Assembly (NCBI GenBank): GCA_030295235.1 | Contig: AP026126.1 | Location: 992,001 to 1,056,000 of the forward strand | DNA length: 64,000 nucleotides | Direction: 5' to 3' | Source: Fistulifera solaris | Taxonomy: Eukaryota | Shown here: piece by piece, positions 60,153 to 64,000 of the stretch | Layout of the letters: each line of letters opens with the position of its first letter | Position numbering within the stretch: the first letter of the stretch is position 1 | Position numbers and translations under genes: made by a program | The notes under the pieces: generated by a model | What the model was told of the DNA's origin: nothing | Database searches by the model: none | What the model saw: only the letters and a program-made list of their open reading frames with translations

Positions 60153-61486
60153 CTATATCGTTTGGCTATCGACTGTCCCTTTCATATCAGATGAATCGAC
60201 GGGATGTAATGCGCTTGTTGCAGTGGGCGGTAAAGGGCTTGAGCTAGGCATATCCGGTGGCCCAGTTGTCCGCGGTGAGCTACTAGGCGCTATCATCCGA
60301 TCCGATAACAATAACTCATCCGGATGGGAGTGCGACACTGGTCCAATGGACATTGGGTTCACTTCACCCACTACCATGCTCTCTCCCATATAAGGCTCCG
60401 TAACATAAGATTCAGGAAATCCTTGGATTCGAATATTGAGCCGCCGAAGAGTCATGAACTATGACCAAACCGTGAGAATACTGGATTGAAGTTGATACGA
60501 AATAACGAACGGAACATCTTACCTCATCTCTTTCCACTTGAACTGCAGCATTTCGAGTCTCGGGTGGTGGTTCATCTGGGCGACGCTTAACTTTCGCTTG
60601 ATAGGGACAGACGTGTCCTTTCTTAGGAACTCCACACTATTTTGAATGCACGTAGTGGTAAGACCAAACTGAACACGGAAGCTGTTACACCTGACATGTG
60701 CTGAATAAATCACTTACCCTTCCGCATTTGTAGCTACCTCGTCCTTTGTCCTTTCCGCTTTCCCCAGCAGAAGACTCAGCTCCATCCTCCTCATAAAAGG
60801 ATGGCTGCGAGGGCTGCTTAATAGCCATTGTTGAAATGTACCCCATTTCTTCGCCTCGACCAGGTGGATAAGGAGCCATCATGTCCTGTCTAGGAGGACC
60901 TCGAGAAGACGACTTGGACCAGCCGTTCGATGCACCTGGGTATACACGATTAGGTTGTTGCCAATATCCTGGGGGAGCATCTCGGCGATAAGGCCCGGGA
61001 GGAATATGTGTAGGCGGACTACCCCCCGGTGGCGGCCCGCCGGACCAGTATCGAGCCGATGGACCTTCCATTTCATCTTCGCGATGACTCGTTTTCAGTT
61101 TTCTACCTCGAGAAGGATACAGAGCGCTCCCAGACGGTGGCCAGTTTCCATGGTCCATGGGGGAGGTGTGCGGCTCGGAGGCCCGTAGCCGCCTATTTGT
61201 GTCCAATGAGGAGGTGGGGGCCACTAGGTACTCCGGAAGGACCAGGATGGGCATGAATTGATCCAGGGGGACCGGGAGGACCTTGGCCATTGTACTGCGA
61301 TGGCCAGGCGTAGCCAGGAGGAGCGTGTGATCCGTATGGAGCGGAAGAATATCGTTGTTGTTGCGTGGGATGAGGGGTCACATACGGTGACGAGCGGCGA
61401 TCTTCTATTGGGTTGCCTTCCGGTCCTTTTAACCGCTTGTTCGATCTGTCACCCATTGAATGAGACGATTCAGTCACCGTTGTCAT
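60153..61486 (-). CDS. Pro-rich protein with CxxC-x6-H-x-C zinc-binding motif, 3 exons (indels in C-runs near 61160 and 61218)
   Basis: YKCGR|CGVPKKGHVCPY assembled across intron 60717..60637; second intron 60522..60459. Confidence 0.72.
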
Positions 61487-62239
61487 AGAGGTTTGAAAAG
61501 GCCCAACTATTTGTGATTGAAGAGCAACAGACAAATCCTTTCACAAGCACAACGAAAACCAGCTAGACTACAGCGAAGATCCCCTTTGTATAGCAATACA
61601 GTTCTTGGTTACGTGCTAGCTTGCAATGATAGGTGAATTTTAAAGCAAGCTTGTTTTGTTTTCGTTTCAATTGATCTCCAATTGTCCCGTAAAACGCAAA
61701 CATCGTGGAAGAAACAACGACGTTGATAACGCGGATCGAACCGTTGGCGATCTTTGTCCTATCCGCTCTTTCCGTTGAGCGTCGTTCAACAGACAATTTC
61801 GTCTGGCCTTTACACGTAAACGTCTGTCCATGACCCGAAAGGGTTGCGCGTGTTGAAAGAGCATGCCTTTCCAAAAGTCCCTAAACGCGCCAGCCTGTTC
61901 CAAGATTACTTAAGGTCAATCTTCCGAAATGAGACATTGGTCTGCAGAATGCATACGACAACTCTTTTTTACTTAGACAATTTTGGATCGCCAATCGCGA
62001 GCTGGCGTTGTTCTTTGCGTTCGTTTTGTAGTAGGGCGATTTTCGTGATTTCCAAAATGTGCGCGTTCACAAAGCTTCCGACACCATCATCAAATCGCAT
62101 TCTTGATCAATCGCCAAAGAAAAGTGGTATCACCTTCTCATTATTCGATTGATAACGCCAAGCAGTTTTTGCAGTTTTGTATCCACGCTTGGTTTGTTTG
62201 ATATTCATCCATCTTGACTTTCGAGTTTATTTTCTCACC

Positions 62240-63892
62240 ATGTCAACGTTTCGATCGAACGTTCCGATTAGAGACGCGATGGCACCTCCTTCTAAGTTGC
62301 GCGGTGACATGGCCCACGCAACTCAACGTCGTGGACGTGAAGCTTTTGATAGCAGTCCCAAGCAGCCTCGTCCGCGCAGCTTGAGTGGCGGTCGTAACAC
62401 AGTTCGCTCGAACGATTTGGTTCAAGGAGTCTACGATCGTCTCGGCGTCGCCCGAGGTAACAACACATCGTGGTCCAAAGGTCCGTCGGCCAAAAGTACG
62501 AGCGACGATCTCGACCCCATCCTCGCTAGTGCACCGACACAGGAAGAGAATCATGTCAGCAGCAGCAGTTCTACTGGAGGCATCACGAATGGAAGGATGA
62601 ATTTCGAGCGTAGTGCGTCATTCCATGATCGCCAAAAGAATTTTGAAAAGTCACAGCCTGGCGGAAGAGGCCGCAGCAATGAACCTACACGGCCCGAGGA
62701 AAATCGATCCAGATCGCTTTCTCGAGGTCGTGTCGCCGATAAATGGCCTCCGGCCCGTGAAGTGGAATCCACTGTCGCGAAGAAGCCGTCCTGGCGGGGT
62801 CTCAACGGCAGCAGTGCCCACAACGTGAACACAACGACCGCCCATCGGTCTTTTAAAGGCACTTCTTCATCCTATCATTCTCCTACGCCCACTAACTCGT
62901 CTCCCGTGCGCTTGAGTCCGGCCAAGAGCCCCAAGCACGTTTCATCATCGCTCATGATGCCGTCGCTGGACAACGACGTCAACAAAGCGAAAGAAGGAGC
63001 GGATCAAACTGAGACTACCGAGAACAGTGATAATAAGGAGGTTTTTGAATCAGTGCGGGAGCGCATGCGTCGTTATTCTGGAACTGGGGCGAAAACTTTG
63101 GGTTCTCGTTTCCCACGTCGCGATGGCAAGCAGTACGGTGCGAGCCTGTCCTCTCGTCAATTTCCTCCGAAAGTAAACATTTACGGGTCGAGTAACGAGA
63201 ATCTTGATCACACAAACGGCGAAAATGATCTGGGTATTGCGGATGAGAAGAAAGATGACGATGCCGGAACTGATTACGAGGGTGCTGGGGCCGCAAGATA
63301 TTCCTCTGCTTTAAGCCGCGCCAGCACTCACGCAAAGTCTCACCATTTTAACACCGATATCTCTCTAGGTAACAGCCACTTCAAATCAGGAAACAAGGTT
63401 GCAGACTCGTATGTTTCATCCCTTCAAGCTTCACCGAAGCCTCAGGCAAAATCGTTCAACGGAGAGAATAAGCCCGCTGGTTACTCTGCACCAGTAACTG
63501 AAATTTCGACCCAATTGCAAGAAACCGGTATCGACAACGATGCAAACTCCATTGCGATGTCTTCTGTGTCTCAAGATGACCTTCACATGCCCACTACACC
63601 GTCCACAAGACGTACTATGTGGAACGATAGAAACCGCGTGAAGGCCATTGCGCCAGGGCCTTCGGCAATGGATGCCGCTTTTATCAATAAAATGATCGAT
63701 GATCGAGTTCAGGCACATATTGCCGATATGGAAACTCGTTTAGGCGCCCAGATGCGTCGCTTCATGCAGCAAATGGATGATAAGATCTTGGAACGGTTGG
63801 AAAAGATGGAGAACAAGCTTCGCAGTCTCCAAGATGCGGTAGAAGGCAAGCGATCCATGGGACGACTGGGGCAACCGCTTCAGCGGCTTTAA
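62240..63892 (+). CDS. Hypothetical disordered Ser/Arg-rich protein with C-terminal coiled coil
   Basis: About 550-aa ORF from ATG 62240; repeated RSLS motifs; heptad-like tail. Confidence 0.75.
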   Translation: MSTFRSNVPIRDAMAPPSKLRGDMAHATQRRGREAFDSSPKQPRPRSLSGGRNTVRSNDLVQGVYDRLGVARGNNTSWSKGPSAKSTSDDLDPILASAPTQEENHVSSSSSTGGITNGRMNFERSASFHDRQKNFEKSQPGGRGRSNEPTRPEENRSRSLSRGRVADKWPPAREVESTVAKKPSWRGLNGSSAHNVNTTTAHRSFKGTSSSYHSPTPTNSSPVRLSPAKSPKHVSSSLMMPSLDNDVNKAKEGADQTETTENSDNKEVFESVRERMRRYSGTGAKTLGSRFPRRDGKQYGASLSSRQFPPKVNIYGSSNENLDHTNGENDLGIADEKKDDDAGTDYEGAGAARYSSALSRASTHAKSHHFNTDISLGNSHFKSGNKVADSYVSSLQASPKPQAKSFNGENKPAGYSAPVTEISTQLQETGIDNDANSIAMSSVSQDDLHMPTTPSTRRTMWNDRNRVKAIAPGPSAMDAAFINKMIDDRVQAHIADMETRLGAQMRRFMQQMDDKILERLEKMENKLRSLQDAVEGKRSMGRLGQPLQRL

Positions 63893-64000
63893 AAACGATG
63901 AATCATCAACGAATATTATGTAATAGTGTTTCAAGTTTATGTATTGAAAAAATCTTAATTGAGAGTAGTATATTGTGGGGCCGCCAACGAAACCACAGAT

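Overview
Gene-dense eukaryotic nuclear DNA, most likely from a pennate diatom. Supporting signs are short 63-117 nt GT-AG introns, bipartite signal peptides with ASAF-like plastid motifs, diatom-type cyclins and short intergenic spacers. About 35 protein genes were found, among them SMP-30, MATE, YqeH/BPG2-like GTPase, cyclin, PIG-Q, RFC2, HSP20, TRM10, NOM1/SGD1, two YbaB/EbfC proteins, LysRS, eIF3h, allantoicase, p24, an FLVCR-like MFS, BMT5-like, a kinase, RRS1, SH3BGR-like, lipoyl synthase, ERdj3, DGAT2, a histidine phosphatase and a TPT. There is also one tRNA-Ser(UGA) and one cyclin pseudogene. Many conserved genes are broken by single-base indels in homopolymer runs, which points to uncorrected long-read assembly error. 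The most interesting signal is a phage/intron-type NUMOD4-like/HNH endonuclease gene remnant with an apparent spliceosomal intron, lying head-to-head with the tRNA. Other notable items are a ~37-bp-period array of palindromic repeats beside a dispersed hairpin-bearing repeat, a granulin-like/alpha-beta-hydrolase fusion, paired plastid YbaB paralogs, a possible dual-targeting extension on LysRS, and recurrent intergenic palindromic motifs. All family calls come from motif recognition by eye; no database searches were run.
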